Shown: one piece after another, positions 37,447 through 46,375 of the stretch
How positions within the stretch are numbered: the stretch's first letter is position 1
How the letters are laid out: each line of letters begins with the position of its first letter
Made by a program: the position numbers and the translations under genes
The notes under the pieces: generated by a model
Databases searched by the model: none
What the model was told of the DNA's origin: nothing
Seen by the model: only the letters and a program-made list of their open reading frames with translations
NCBI GenBank assembly: GCA_963711565.1
Contig: CAVQEQ010000003.1
Location: 480,001-544,000 of the forward strand
DNA length: 64,000 nt
Reading direction: 5' to 3'
Origin: an uncultured delta proteobacterium
GTDB taxonomy: Bacteria; Desulfobacterota; Binatia; Binatales; Binataceae

Positions 37447-40083
37447 TCAGTTGCAGCTCAAGACGACAGTATCGGTGCTCGTTCCGCTCAGCGAGACGCT
37501 GCCATTGCCCGGCACGCCCGGCGTCACCGCATTTGACGGGTTGGTCGCGTCCCGCGCGATGCAAAGACTCGCGGTCGTAACGCACACGTTGCTGAATGTC
37601 CCTGCTCCCGCGGCCAGGGTAACCGAGCCCTTGCACGGTGTCATCGTCACGACCCCCGCTGTCGTCAACAGTGGTGCACTACCCCAGCCATTCAGCAGTG
37701 GATTCACAAGTATCACCGACTGGGTGCCAGTGCCGGTCACTTTCACTATCTGAGATGGCGAACCTTCGATCGATCCCAGCAGGGTTCCTATCACGGACGC
37801 GTTGCCGGGGCCGTCCAGCCATAGCGCGGGCGCCGCGCTTGCCGTAAACACCTGCCCGCCAAAGATATCTACGTTGCTGATCGCCGATCCGTAGATGCCG
37901 GCTTTGAAAGTTCCAGTGGCGCCATTCTCCACATCCCACCAGGGCGAATGGATTTCCAGGCTGACTCCGCCACCGGGCGGCATGACTATCCCATAGGCGC
38001 TGCCGGTACCAACGCCGCCGTTTTGCACGAACACAGGATTGATAAGGGTTCCGGCGCCACCGAAGTTATAGCCGGCCCATCCACCATTCACCTTGGTATA
38101 TATAAAGTTGTTGTCGTTGCTGTTGTTCACGATCCCATAGCGTCCAGGCCTCGAGTCAACAGTTATGTCGTGAAAATTGTTTTCGAAGGCCAGGTTCCAG
38201 ACTTCCAGACCCATGTCCATGCCCGACATCTGGATCGGCCCGATATCATCATCGTGCGCTGCGTCCACTACGATTCCCGAATCGTCCAGCCCGATCGCAC
38301 CTATCGCTATGTCGCGGATGCTGTTGCGAGTAAGTGTGGTTACTCCTGTGCGATTTGTGTTGTACTCGAATAGCCAGCCGCTGCCGGCAAAGTCATAGGC
38401 CTTTACAAAAGGTGAGCCGTTCGGGTTCTTCTCGAAGTTAGTCAGGATCAAGGTGTTGGAGTCAGCGTTGAACTTGGAATTTGGTACGGTGGCGATGGTG
38501 CCGGTCCATCTGGCTATCTTGGAAATGCGCACGGAGTCGATATAACCTTTGATCGCACCCTCCTGCGCGGAGCCGTTCGGCCAGCTTTGACCCGCCCAAC
38601 GTCCTACATCGACATCTTCAGTCGGATCCTGAACGATCGCGCCGGTCACAGCGAGCGACGCGGCGACAGCGCAACCGGATGCGCCCGGCGTACAGTCATA
38701 CAGGCGAAGCGTTGTCCCATCGTAGGTCAGTGCTACGTATAGGATCGTGTTGAGTGGGACCGCGGGCCCGCTGGCATCATGATTTCCGGTGGTAGTGGTG
38801 AGGTATCCGTCCAGATTCCCGCCATTGATTCTCAGCAGTGACGCCGCGGCGTATCCCGCGCTGCTCGGTACCGACCCGCTGCCTGCTATAACTCCATCTC
38901 CGGCACTTATATCTTCTATGTAGGCCTCGATGGTGAAGGCCGATAGGCCACTAAGATTCAAGCCATCGGGAGTACCCAAAGGACCGAAGCGCCCGCCCCA
39001 TTCGCGCAGATTCAAATAGTAGTTGCTTTGGTTGATCGTAAAATCCGCCGCGTTACCCGCGCCCGCGACCAGCGAGGCGACAGTCGGCAGCCCCTGGTAT
39101 CCGGTACCTACTACCGCAATCGTTTTGCCGAAGTCGTAGGCCGGCACCAGCACTGACGAGTAGCGCCCGGCTCCAACCAGTTGCAGGCCGGAACAATTCA
39201 TCCACAAAGGATTGGACAGGTAGTAAGGCGCGGGCGGCAAAAACACCTGGCCGGCGACGTTGGTAAAGTTGCCGGCGCCGTCGGCGCCCGTATTAACCGC
39301 GCACGCCGCGTTGATAGCGGCCTGGATAGCACCTGAATCGTCGGTGCTACCGTCGCCCTTGGCGCCGAAGGCCTTGACGTTGTAAATCCCGTTGACGTTG
39401 AAGCCGTTGAGCGCATCAGAGCCGTCGCCGCGCGCACCGGCCATCGTGTTGACCTTCGCGCCCGTCTGCCCGGAATAAATCGGCGCCTTGCCGCCCATCA
39501 CGGTCTGCACAGTGGGGGCAGGCAGCGTGCCTGAAAGGTCGCCGCCGGTCATCGCGGTGGACCTCGTGACCGGCACCTGGCCGCCGAGCACGGTGGCTAC
39601 GGTGGGGTTCGGCAACGAGCCGCTCAAGTCTCCGCCCGAGGTTTGCCCGAATGAAATCGCATCACCGGCATTTGTCGCGTTGGCCAGCGACGTGACTTTG
39701 TTGCCGTTGGCGTTGAGATTTGTTTCGAGTGCGCCGATCGCACAATACCATTCTCCGCGATCTCCACGCGCCCACGCGCCGCTGCCGCCACCGACGCATG
39801 GGGTCGCTTGCTTGCAATCCTTGCAATAGAGAATCAATCCGTCCTGCTCGGGCGGCAGATTGGCAAAGGTTGGGCCGACGACAAACGGCAAGATGGGCTG
39901 TGTGCCGGAAAAGCGGTTGTTGATCGCCTCGCGGAACTGAAGTCCCGCGCCGACGCCGGTGAAATTCGGAATCGGGGAATACGCACCGGGCGGCGGCAGG
40001 TTTTGCGCGCGCGCGCTTGAGAAGGAGGCCAGTAGCGCAAATACAGACGCTAAAAGAACCGGCCACCAAGTCCGTTTCGACAT
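37447..40083 (-). CDS. Secreted tailspike-like protein: fibre repeats, pectate-lyase-3/beta-helix and LamG-like domain
   Basis: Signal peptide; two GGDLSGxLPxPTV repeats; YNVKAFGAKGDGSTDDSGAIQAAINAA; LamG-like YVALTYDGTTLRLY...GYIDSVRIS; Asn/Gly-rich beta-helix. Confidence 0.8.
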   Translation of the reverse strand: MSKRTWWPVLLASVFALLASFSSARAQNLPPPGAYSPIPNFTGVGAGLQFREAINNRFSGTQPILPFVVGPTFANLPPEQDGLILYCKDCKQATPCVGGGSGAWARGDRGEWYCAIGALETNLNANGNKVTSLANATNAGDAISFGQTSGGDLSGSLPNPTVATVLGGQVPVTRSTAMTGGDLSGTLPAPTVQTVMGGKAPIYSGQTGAKVNTMAGARGDGSDALNGFNVNGIYNVKAFGAKGDGSTDDSGAIQAAINAACAVNTGADGAGNFTNVAGQVFLPPAPYYLSNPLWMNCSGLQLVGAGRYSSVLVPAYDFGKTIAVVGTGYQGLPTVASLVAGAGNAADFTINQSNYYLNLREWGGRFGPLGTPDGLNLSGLSAFTIEAYIEDISAGDGVIAGSGSVPSSAGYAAASLLRINGGNLDGYLTTTTGNHDASGPAVPLNTILYVALTYDGTTLRLYDCTPGASGCAVAASLAVTGAIVQDPTEDVDVGRWAGQSWPNGSAQEGAIKGYIDSVRISKIARWTGTIATVPNSKFNADSNTLILTNFEKNPNGSPFVKAYDFAGSGWLFEYNTNRTGVTTLTRNSIRDIAIGAIGLDDSGIVVDAAHDDDIGPIQMSGMDMGLEVWNLAFENNFHDITVDSRPGRYGIVNNSNDNNFIYTKVNGGWAGYNFGGAGTLINPVFVQNGGVGTGSAYGIVMPPGGGVSLEIHSPWWDVENGATGTFKAGIYGSAISNVDIFGGQVFTASAAPALWLDGPGNASVIGTLLGSIEGSPSQIVKVTGTGTQSVILVNPLLNGWGSAPLLTTAGVVTMTPCKGSVTLAAGAGTFSNVCVTTASLCIARDATNPSNAVTPGVPGNGSVSLSGTSTDTVVLSCN

Positions 40084-40255
40084 TGCTGATACCTTGCAGC
40101 GGACGGTCGGTCGGTTGGGATGAGAAATCAAACCTGAGTCATAAAAAGTGCGGGCGCTGATCGAAAGTAATCGAACATCGGGGACATTATCGCATCAAAA
40201 TCCGGAAAGCGTAAGGCGGAAAAGTTCAGGGGCGTAGAGGGAGCGAAATCCGGCC

Positions 40256-40323
40256 CTCTTCTCAATACCGGGTGCAGGGGTCACCCCTGCCCAGGGAAGT
40301 CTGAAACCCACGGTGGGTTTCAC
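40256..40323 (-). repeat. Two-hairpin intergenic repeat, copy 1
   Basis: Reverse complement reads GTGAAACCC-ACCGT-GGGTTTCAG ACTTCCCTGG GCAGGGG-TGA-CCCCTGC ACCCGGTATTGAGAAGAG; matches copies at 47781 and 54713. Confidence 0.9.
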
Positions 40324-40358
40324 TTAGAATCAAGTTCCGCCCGGCTCGCGTTACTCAC

Positions 40359-43300
40359 TCACGGACCGGTCCCCGTCATGCTGATGTTATGCGGGCTGTC
40401 CGGATCGCTGCCGACGCTCACCGCGATGCTTGCGCTTTCGGGCGCGCCGCCGGCGGTGGGCGTGAACGTCACCGCTATCGTGCACGACGAGTTCGCCGAC
40501 AGCATCGGGCCGCAGGTGCCGCCGTTCACCGCAAAGTCGCTCGCATTCGGACCGCTGGTGTTGCTCTCACTCACCGATAGCGTGAAGCCCGACAGGTTGG
40601 TAACAGTCAGGTCCTTGGTTTTCGTCGGGACCCTGGCCGTCAGGGTGCCATACGCGAGCGTGGCCGCCGGGGTGACGGTTGCCGGGACCGTCGGGCCGGT
40701 GGTGATCGCGACGATATGCGGGCCGAGTGGATCGGGACTGTCAGTCACCGTGAGAGTCGCCGATTCAGTTCCCAGCGAGCCCGGCACGAAGGTCACTGTG
40801 GTCGTACAGGCCGTTTTGGCGGCGAGCGTCGTGCCGCAGGTACCGCTGATCGAGAAGTCAGAGTGGTTGGCGCCGCTGAAACTTTCGCTGAGGCTCACCG
40901 ACTGGGTTTGATGATTGCTTACGCTGAACGACTGCGTGCCCTTGGCGCCGAACTTCACGTTGCCGAATACCAGGCTGCTCTTCGAGGTCGTCAGATCGAC
41001 GACGCCGGTGCCGGTGAGGGTCACATTCTGCGGGCTAGTGGTGGCGTTGTCGGATAGCGTCAGGGTTGCGGGATGAGCGCCGAGCGCGTCGGGCGTGAAC
41101 GAGACTCCGAGCGTGCACGACGACTTGGGCGCGACCGTGATGGGAAGCGAACCGCAGGTACCGGTGCCGCTGAGGGCATACTCGGAGTCGGACGGGGTCG
41201 CATTTGAGATGACCAACGGATTGGTCTTGCCGGTGTCGTGGATCGTCAGGTTCTTCGTCACCGTCTGCCCGTCGGTAACGTTGCCGAAGGCAAGCGATGC
41301 CGTCACGGTCATCGAGGTAGTCGGAGTCGCGGTCGGCGTCGCGGTGACGGTCGCGGTTGAGGTCGAAGTTGCAGTCGCCGTGGCAGTCGCGGTGGCCGTC
41401 GCAGTGGCCGTTGCGGTCGGCGTGGCGGTTGCGGTCGGCGTTGCCGTCGCGGTGCGCGTGGGCGCGGAGGAAGCGGTTGAAGTCGCGGTCGGAGTGGCCG
41501 GGCTCGGCGTCGCGGTCGGAGTGAGCGGGGCCGGTTGCAGCGCGATTTGGCTGCCGGCCATCGCGGAGGCCGCACTGTTCTGCGTGCAGGTTTGGGCCGG
41601 CGGCGCCTCATTCGACGCTGCGGTTCCGCTATAAGCGATCAGGTTGACGGAGCTGGCGGAGACCAGGCCGGAAGCGCCACTCCCGACAATTTGCGAGTAG
41701 GGCGAGACGGGACCAGACCACGGGTTGGCGCCAGTTCCCCTACGCGCCACGCAGTTGAGGATCAAAGCTTCGTTGCTCTGCGCGAGATTAGAAAGAGCTG
41801 GAACCGAGAGGCTTGTTGCACTCGTGCTGGTGATGCCGACCCCGGTTGGATTGTTCGGATCGATGGGCGCGTCAGGGTTAACCCCGCTGAAACACTGAAT
41901 CCAGCCCGCATAGATGGTGTTGGTCGAACTGCTGAGAGTCCAGGTGAAGTCCTCGGGATCGCTGCCGCCGCCCAGCGACTTGTACCAGTAGAGGTACTCG
42001 GCCGCGCCGGTGACGCCGCTGTTATCGCCGCGGATCGGGGTCCATCCATTGGGAACCGTTTTGACCGTAAGGGTCGTCGCCGCATCCGAGAACTCGGCGA
42101 CACAGATGTCGTCGGCGGCCACGCCGGGAGGAAAGTTCAGAGTAACGTCGGCCGTCGCAGTTGAATCGTAGCTCGTGGTCGCGGCCGGCTGGTCTGGAAC
42201 CGGGGAAGGAACCATTGGGCCCAAGGCGTTCAGGTAACCGGCATTGTCGAGAAAGTAGATGGTGCCGTCGGCGCCGATCGCGGCCGAGGAGTAGTTCACG
42301 CCGTTGCCGTAGTACGCCCACTTTTGGGTGGCTGAGGTGCCGTCGTCAGTTACTGCGATCAAAGTGGGATTGACGGACGCTTGGCCGAGGTAAATGGTGC
42401 CGTCGGCGCCGATCGTTGGCGAAGAATGATAGGTCTCCGACAGTCGCATTTGCCACTTATCGGAACCGTCGGCGTTAAACGCGAGAATATTGTTGTTCGC
42501 GTAGTCGCTGAAGTAGATGGTTCCGTTGGCTCCAACTGCGGGCGAGGAGTATCCATTGGCGCCGGCCGGGTCCGCCCACTTCTCAGCGTATGTGCTGCCG
42601 TTGTCGGTCAGGGCGTAGAGGTTCTCGTCAGGATCATCGGAGGCAAAATAGACCGTGCCGTCCGCGCCGATCGCCGGGGAGGACTGCACCTCGCCTTCGG
42701 TCAGAAACGCCCACTTCTCGGTGGCGCTGGAACCGCTGTCAGTCAGCGCGTAGAGGTTGTCGTCATCGGAGCCGACGTAAATGGTGCCGTCGGCGCCGAT
42801 CGCGGGTGAGGATTCCACTGCGCCGCTGGTCGCGAACGCCCACTTCTTCGTAACGCTGCCTTGACCGCCGTCGGTAAGCGCGTAGACGTTGTCATCGAAG
42901 GAGCCGAAGTAGATCGTGCCGTCGGCGCCGATCGCGGGTGAGGATTCCACTGCACCGCCGGTCGCGAACGTCCACTTTTCCGTAACGCTGCCTTGCCCGC
43001 CATCGGTTAGCGCATACAGCCTGTCGCCGGAGCCCACGTAAATGGTGCCGTCAGCGCCGATCGCCGGTGCAGAGATAAAGACAGAGCCGCCGGTGGAGAA
43101 CACCCACCTTTCGCTGCCGTCGGGATTTACCGCGTAGATATTGCCGTTACCATAGTTGCCGAAGTAGATGGTGCCGTCAGCGCCGATTGACGGCGAGGAG
43201 TACCCTGGGGAGCCCTCACCGGAGGAGAATTGCCATTTGACGTTGGCGCCGATGGCGCTGGTGTTGTACTCGCTCTGGCCGGTGTGGGAGAGATCGTGCT

Positions 43301-43433
43301 GGAATACCGGCCACGCCAACGTCACCAATTGCGCGTGCGTAACGCCCAGCGCCGCAAGCGCAACAAACCCAATCGCCGCCACGCTCAACCACGCAATCGC
43401 GCCGACACGTGTTCTTCCCGATGGTTCCCTCAT
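40359..43433 (-). CDS. Large surface protein: PQQ-like beta-propeller, Thr/Ala/Pro linker and three Ig-like (choice-of-anchor D/ASH-type) domains
   Basis: Seven SSPAIGADGTIY-type repeats, a long TATATP tract and three TCG...CT..V.F.P domains. AGGGAGG SD precedes ATG 43433. Confidence 0.88.
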   Translation of the reverse strand: MREPSGRTRVGAIAWLSVAAIGFVALAALGVTHAQLVTLAWPVFQHDLSHTGQSEYNTSAIGANVKWQFSSGEGSPGYSSPSIGADGTIYFGNYGNGNIYAVNPDGSERWVFSTGGSVFISAPAIGADGTIYVGSGDRLYALTDGGQGSVTEKWTFATGGAVESSPAIGADGTIYFGSFDDNVYALTDGGQGSVTKKWAFATSGAVESSPAIGADGTIYVGSDDDNLYALTDSGSSATEKWAFLTEGEVQSSPAIGADGTVYFASDDPDENLYALTDNGSTYAEKWADPAGANGYSSPAVGANGTIYFSDYANNNILAFNADGSDKWQMRLSETYHSSPTIGADGTIYLGQASVNPTLIAVTDDGTSATQKWAYYGNGVNYSSAAIGADGTIYFLDNAGYLNALGPMVPSPVPDQPAATTSYDSTATADVTLNFPPGVAADDICVAEFSDAATTLTVKTVPNGWTPIRGDNSGVTGAAEYLYWYKSLGGGSDPEDFTWTLSSSTNTIYAGWIQCFSGVNPDAPIDPNNPTGVGITSTSATSLSVPALSNLAQSNEALILNCVARRGTGANPWSGPVSPYSQIVGSGASGLVSASSVNLIAYSGTAASNEAPPAQTCTQNSAASAMAGSQIALQPAPLTPTATPSPATPTATSTASSAPTRTATATPTATATPTATATATATATATATATSTSTATVTATPTATPTTSMTVTASLAFGNVTDGQTVTKNLTIHDTGKTNPLVISNATPSDSEYALSGTGTCGSLPITVAPKSSCTLGVSFTPDALGAHPATLTLSDNATTSPQNVTLTGTGVVDLTTSKSSLVFGNVKFGAKGTQSFSVSNHQTQSVSLSESFSGANHSDFSISGTCGTTLAAKTACTTTVTFVPGSLGTESATLTVTDSPDPLGPHIVAITTGPTVPATVTPAATLAYGTLTARVPTKTKDLTVTNLSGFTLSVSESNTSGPNASDFAVNGGTCGPMLSANSSCTIAVTFTPTAGGAPESASIAVSVGSDPDSPHNISMTGTGP
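41310..41530 (-). repeat. Coding low-complexity (Thr-Ala/Thr-Pro)n linker
   Basis: Degenerate 6-bp periodicity encoding PTATPSPATPTATST...TATATATAT...PTATPTT. Confidence 0.85.
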
Positions 43434-43662
43434 CGCACCCTCCCTGGTTCGAGCGGACACTCAGAACCCTCGAAGGAGCCGCCAAGGTCGCCGCTACGCG
43501 ATCACCCAATACCACAGGCATCACCATCCCCGGAACCGCGCGTCACGATCCACTCCCGTCGAGTGTGATGGGTCACTCCAGCATCGCTTCGAAAAAACGC
43601 AACATCACGCGTTTCCACTTCGCATCGTTCAGAAGCGATACGGGACTGTACCAATCGTGAGC

Positions 43663-43691
43663 ATCCTACCGTTAGACTAATATCCTGTCAA
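43663..43691 (-). promoter_or_regulatory. Sigma70-type promoter for the surface-protein gene
   Basis: Minus strand TTGACA-17 nt-TAGGAT; an inverted repeat ACTAAT-N9-ATTAGT (43676-43696) overlaps the -35. Confidence 0.7.
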
Positions 43692-43842
43692 TTAGTTTAT
43701 CTAAAAGAAAAATCTGGTCTGCTACCGGCAATTTCAGTGTTGAAGTATCGCAGGCCAGCCCATGGAGCGGCTGGTGTCAGCCTGATGGATGCGCGCCGGG
43801 AAGAAGCGAATCGTGGCGCGCCTGCGAGAGGGGACGCGCGGC

Positions 43843-45672
43843 TCAGGCGGGAGTGAATTGGCGGTCGGAGAGCTTGGGAGCAGTCAGGTCGGTGACACCG
43901 AGCATGAAGCGCCGCAGCGTTAGCTGGTGAGCAGCCGCGAAAGACTCGAGCGAGGCCAGTTGCGCGGCGGAGAGGGTCTCCTGCGCGATTACGATTTCGT
44001 CGAACGGAGTGCGCGCCATGATCCCGTCAATATTGTCGAGCGAGCCCAGCACCGGGTAGCCGTGGAACAGCTTGCCGTGCTTGAAACTGTCGTCGTCGAG
44101 CAGGCCCAGCAGCTCGGTGCCGGCGCCAAGCGTCGCGTGCAGATGTTGAACGGCGGCGGCGCCGCGCGCGTCGGCGCCCACAATCACGAGGCGGCGGCCG
44201 GAATGCGCCAGGAAGCGGAGGATGCGCTGGAACAGATGGAACGACCAGCGCGTGCCGACCAGGAAATTGAACAGCAGCAGAACGAACATCACGGCGGCCG
44301 AGCGCGAAATCACGATCGGCAGAATGTGCGATGCCAGCTTGACGGCAAGCCCCGCGAGCACCGCGGCCAGCGCAAAACGCACACTCTCGGCCAGTCCGGT
44401 GTAGCGCCAGATGCCTCGGTAAACGCCTGCCACCAGGAATGAACCGCAGCCAATCGCGACGATCCACGGCAGGCCCGCAATCATCTGGCTCACCTGGAAT
44501 ATGCTGAGGTCGAAGTCGTAGCGCAGCATCATCGCGCCGAAGTAGGCCGCCGCTACCAGCGCTACATCGAGGATCAATTCGACGAAGCGGCGCTTGTAGC
44601 CGAAGCTCAGGATGACGCGCGCAATCGCGGGCAGGTCCTCGATTTGGCCGGGCGCCTCGGCGTCGAACGAGCGATCCATCAGGAACAGCGCCACCAGCGC
44701 GAAGAACAGGGCCATGAACGGAATCAGCAGGATCGCGTCGTAGCCCGGCACCAGGCTGAGCGCGATCGCGCATCCGCCCGCGATCACCTGAATGCCGATC
44801 AAGGTCATCGCCGCGCTGGTACTCGACATGCCCAGGCGCGTCAGCCGATGATGCGAATGATCGAGGCCGCGGCGCGAGATGGGATTGCCGGTCGCGAGCC
44901 GCGTCACCGTTACGGTCACGGTGTCGAGCAGCGGGACCATCAGCGCCAGCAACGGCATCGCGAGGCGCGCCGGCAGAGACCCCTCGCCGAAACGGCTGCC
45001 TTGAATCGAGAGCACGCCCAGCACGAGCCCGACCGCAAGCGCGCCTTCGTCGCCCATGAAAATGGAAGCCGGCGGAAAATTGAAGATGATGAATCCCCCC
45101 AGCGCGCCGGCGATCGCGAGCGCCGCGACCATCGTGCCGCTGTGCTGATGCAGCCCGGCAACGGTGGCGATGCTCAAGGCCGCGACGATGCCGACTCCCG
45201 CGGCGAGGCCGTCGACGCCGTCGATCAAGTTGAAGGCGTTGGTCGCGGTGACCAGCCAGAAAATCGTCAAAGCGAGGTTGAAGCTCGCGTACGGGAAGAA
45301 GTCGAGATGCGGTCCCCACCATACGAGGACGCAGATGGCGGCCAGCTCGAGCATCAGCTTGTGACGCGGCTTGAGATCGACGATGTCGTCGAGCAATCCA
45401 ACGAGGCACATCGCGACCGCGAAGGCCGCGAGCCATGGGATACTATGGTAGGGCAGGCCTGACAGGATTCCGACGAAACCGATCGCAAAGACGAAGCCGG
45501 CCATCACGGCCAAGCCGCCGAGCAGCGCGGTCGGCTTTTCATGGGGGCGGTCGCTGCTAGGCTGGGCGACGATGCCGAAGCGGACGGAAGCGAGCTTCGC
45601 GACCGGCATCATCGCGATGGCGACAAGGAAAGCGGACAAAAGCGTGAGGACTATTTCAAACTCGATGGTCAA
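43843..45672 (-). CDS. WecA/MraY-family undecaprenyl-phosphate HexNAc-1-phosphate transferase fused to extra TM helices and a Rossmann-like domain
   Basis: GLLDDIVDL, NAFNLIDGVDGL, NFPPASIFMGD, HSHHRL; then GVYRGIWRY and RRLVIVGA...LLDDD. Confidence 0.88.
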   Translation of the reverse strand: MTIEFEIVLTLLSAFLVAIAMMPVAKLASVRFGIVAQPSSDRPHEKPTALLGGLAVMAGFVFAIGFVGILSGLPYHSIPWLAAFAVAMCLVGLLDDIVDLKPRHKLMLELAAICVLVWWGPHLDFFPYASFNLALTIFWLVTATNAFNLIDGVDGLAAGVGIVAALSIATVAGLHQHSGTMVAALAIAGALGGFIIFNFPPASIFMGDEGALAVGLVLGVLSIQGSRFGEGSLPARLAMPLLALMVPLLDTVTVTVTRLATGNPISRRGLDHSHHRLTRLGMSSTSAAMTLIGIQVIAGGCAIALSLVPGYDAILLIPFMALFFALVALFLMDRSFDAEAPGQIEDLPAIARVILSFGYKRRFVELILDVALVAAAYFGAMMLRYDFDLSIFQVSQMIAGLPWIVAIGCGSFLVAGVYRGIWRYTGLAESVRFALAAVLAGLAVKLASHILPIVISRSAAVMFVLLLFNFLVGTRWSFHLFQRILRFLAHSGRRLVIVGADARGAAAVQHLHATLGAGTELLGLLDDDSFKHGKLFHGYPVLGSLDNIDGIMARTPFDEIVIAQETLSAAQLASLESFAAAHQLTLRRFMLGVTDLTAPKLSDRQFTPA

Positions 45673-45982
45673 TCTTGCTCTATACGATCAGCTCGGTGTG
45701 TTGGTTGCCATTCAAAGTCTTCCACAGCCCACCGTGGGCAGCTTAGTCGTTCAGCAGGTTAGCGCCGTTTGGAGTTTATAGCTAAACCCTCCCTGCTCGG
45801 GGACGCGAACCGCTGACGATCATGACGAGGCTGAGTGGTCCATCGCCTCGGTGGGGTGAACCTTGGCAGAGGGGTCGGTCTACGTCAAGGCTAGCTACAT
45901 CGATTTATGTAGCGTGTACGCTACGGGTGGCAGGCGGATGGCGGGCACGGCGGCCCGTCCCACTGATCTCCACAATCAGCGC

Positions 45983-46255
45983 CTACTGCTTCATCACGAG
46001 CACGTTGCCGTCTTTATCCAGTGCTAGGCAATCGACCTGCTGCCCGGAATAGAATGCCCCGCAAATCGACTTGTCCACACCCGGGCATTTGTAAAGGTTC
46101 GGCGCGGTCTGCTCGCATTGCGCGAGATTGAAATGGAGCGCCGTCTGCGCCCTGTTCTCCTGGGCCTGCGAGGGCGAGAAAATGTAGCACCCCGACAGCG
46201 CGATCGCCGCCACCGACACAATCACCGCCGCAACTTTTAGCGAGCTTCCCCTCAT
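45983..46255 (-). CDS. Small Cys-containing lipoprotein
   Basis: Lipobox LSGC, four further Cys, GGAGG SD before ATG 46255. Confidence 0.75.
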   Translation of the reverse strand: MRGSSLKVAAVIVSVAAIALSGCYIFSPSQAQENRAQTALHFNLAQCEQTAPNLYKCPGVDKSICGAFYSGQQVDCLALDKDGNVLVMKQ

Positions 46256-46375
46256 AACACTTTCCTCCCACATCTTCATCGTGTGTTCCTCCACCGAGGC
46301 AAGGATTTATATGGATTCGGCGCGCATCACAACTGGGGGAATCGTGATTACGTTTACTGGTCAGGAGTAACGACA

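Noticed and set aside
37447-40083. Prophage call based on the tailspike-like gene
   Set aside because: No integrase, terminase, capsid or other tail genes; the protein has a signal peptide.
41310-41530. Short-period repeat as a contingency (phase-variation) locus
   Set aside because: Codons are degenerate and units are multiples of 3; it is a Thr/Ala linker rather than a pure slippage tract.
45673-45711. In-frame ATG...TGA (MATNTPS*) upstream of the WecA-like gene as a second recoding event
   Set aside because: The TGA is not in a redox motif, no SECIS-like hairpin is evident, and WecA homology starts after it.
45727-45740. GCCCACCGTGGGC resembling the hairpin-1 core of the three-copy repeat
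   Set aside because: Only ~11 nt match; the GTGAAA/TTTCAC arms and second hairpin are absent.
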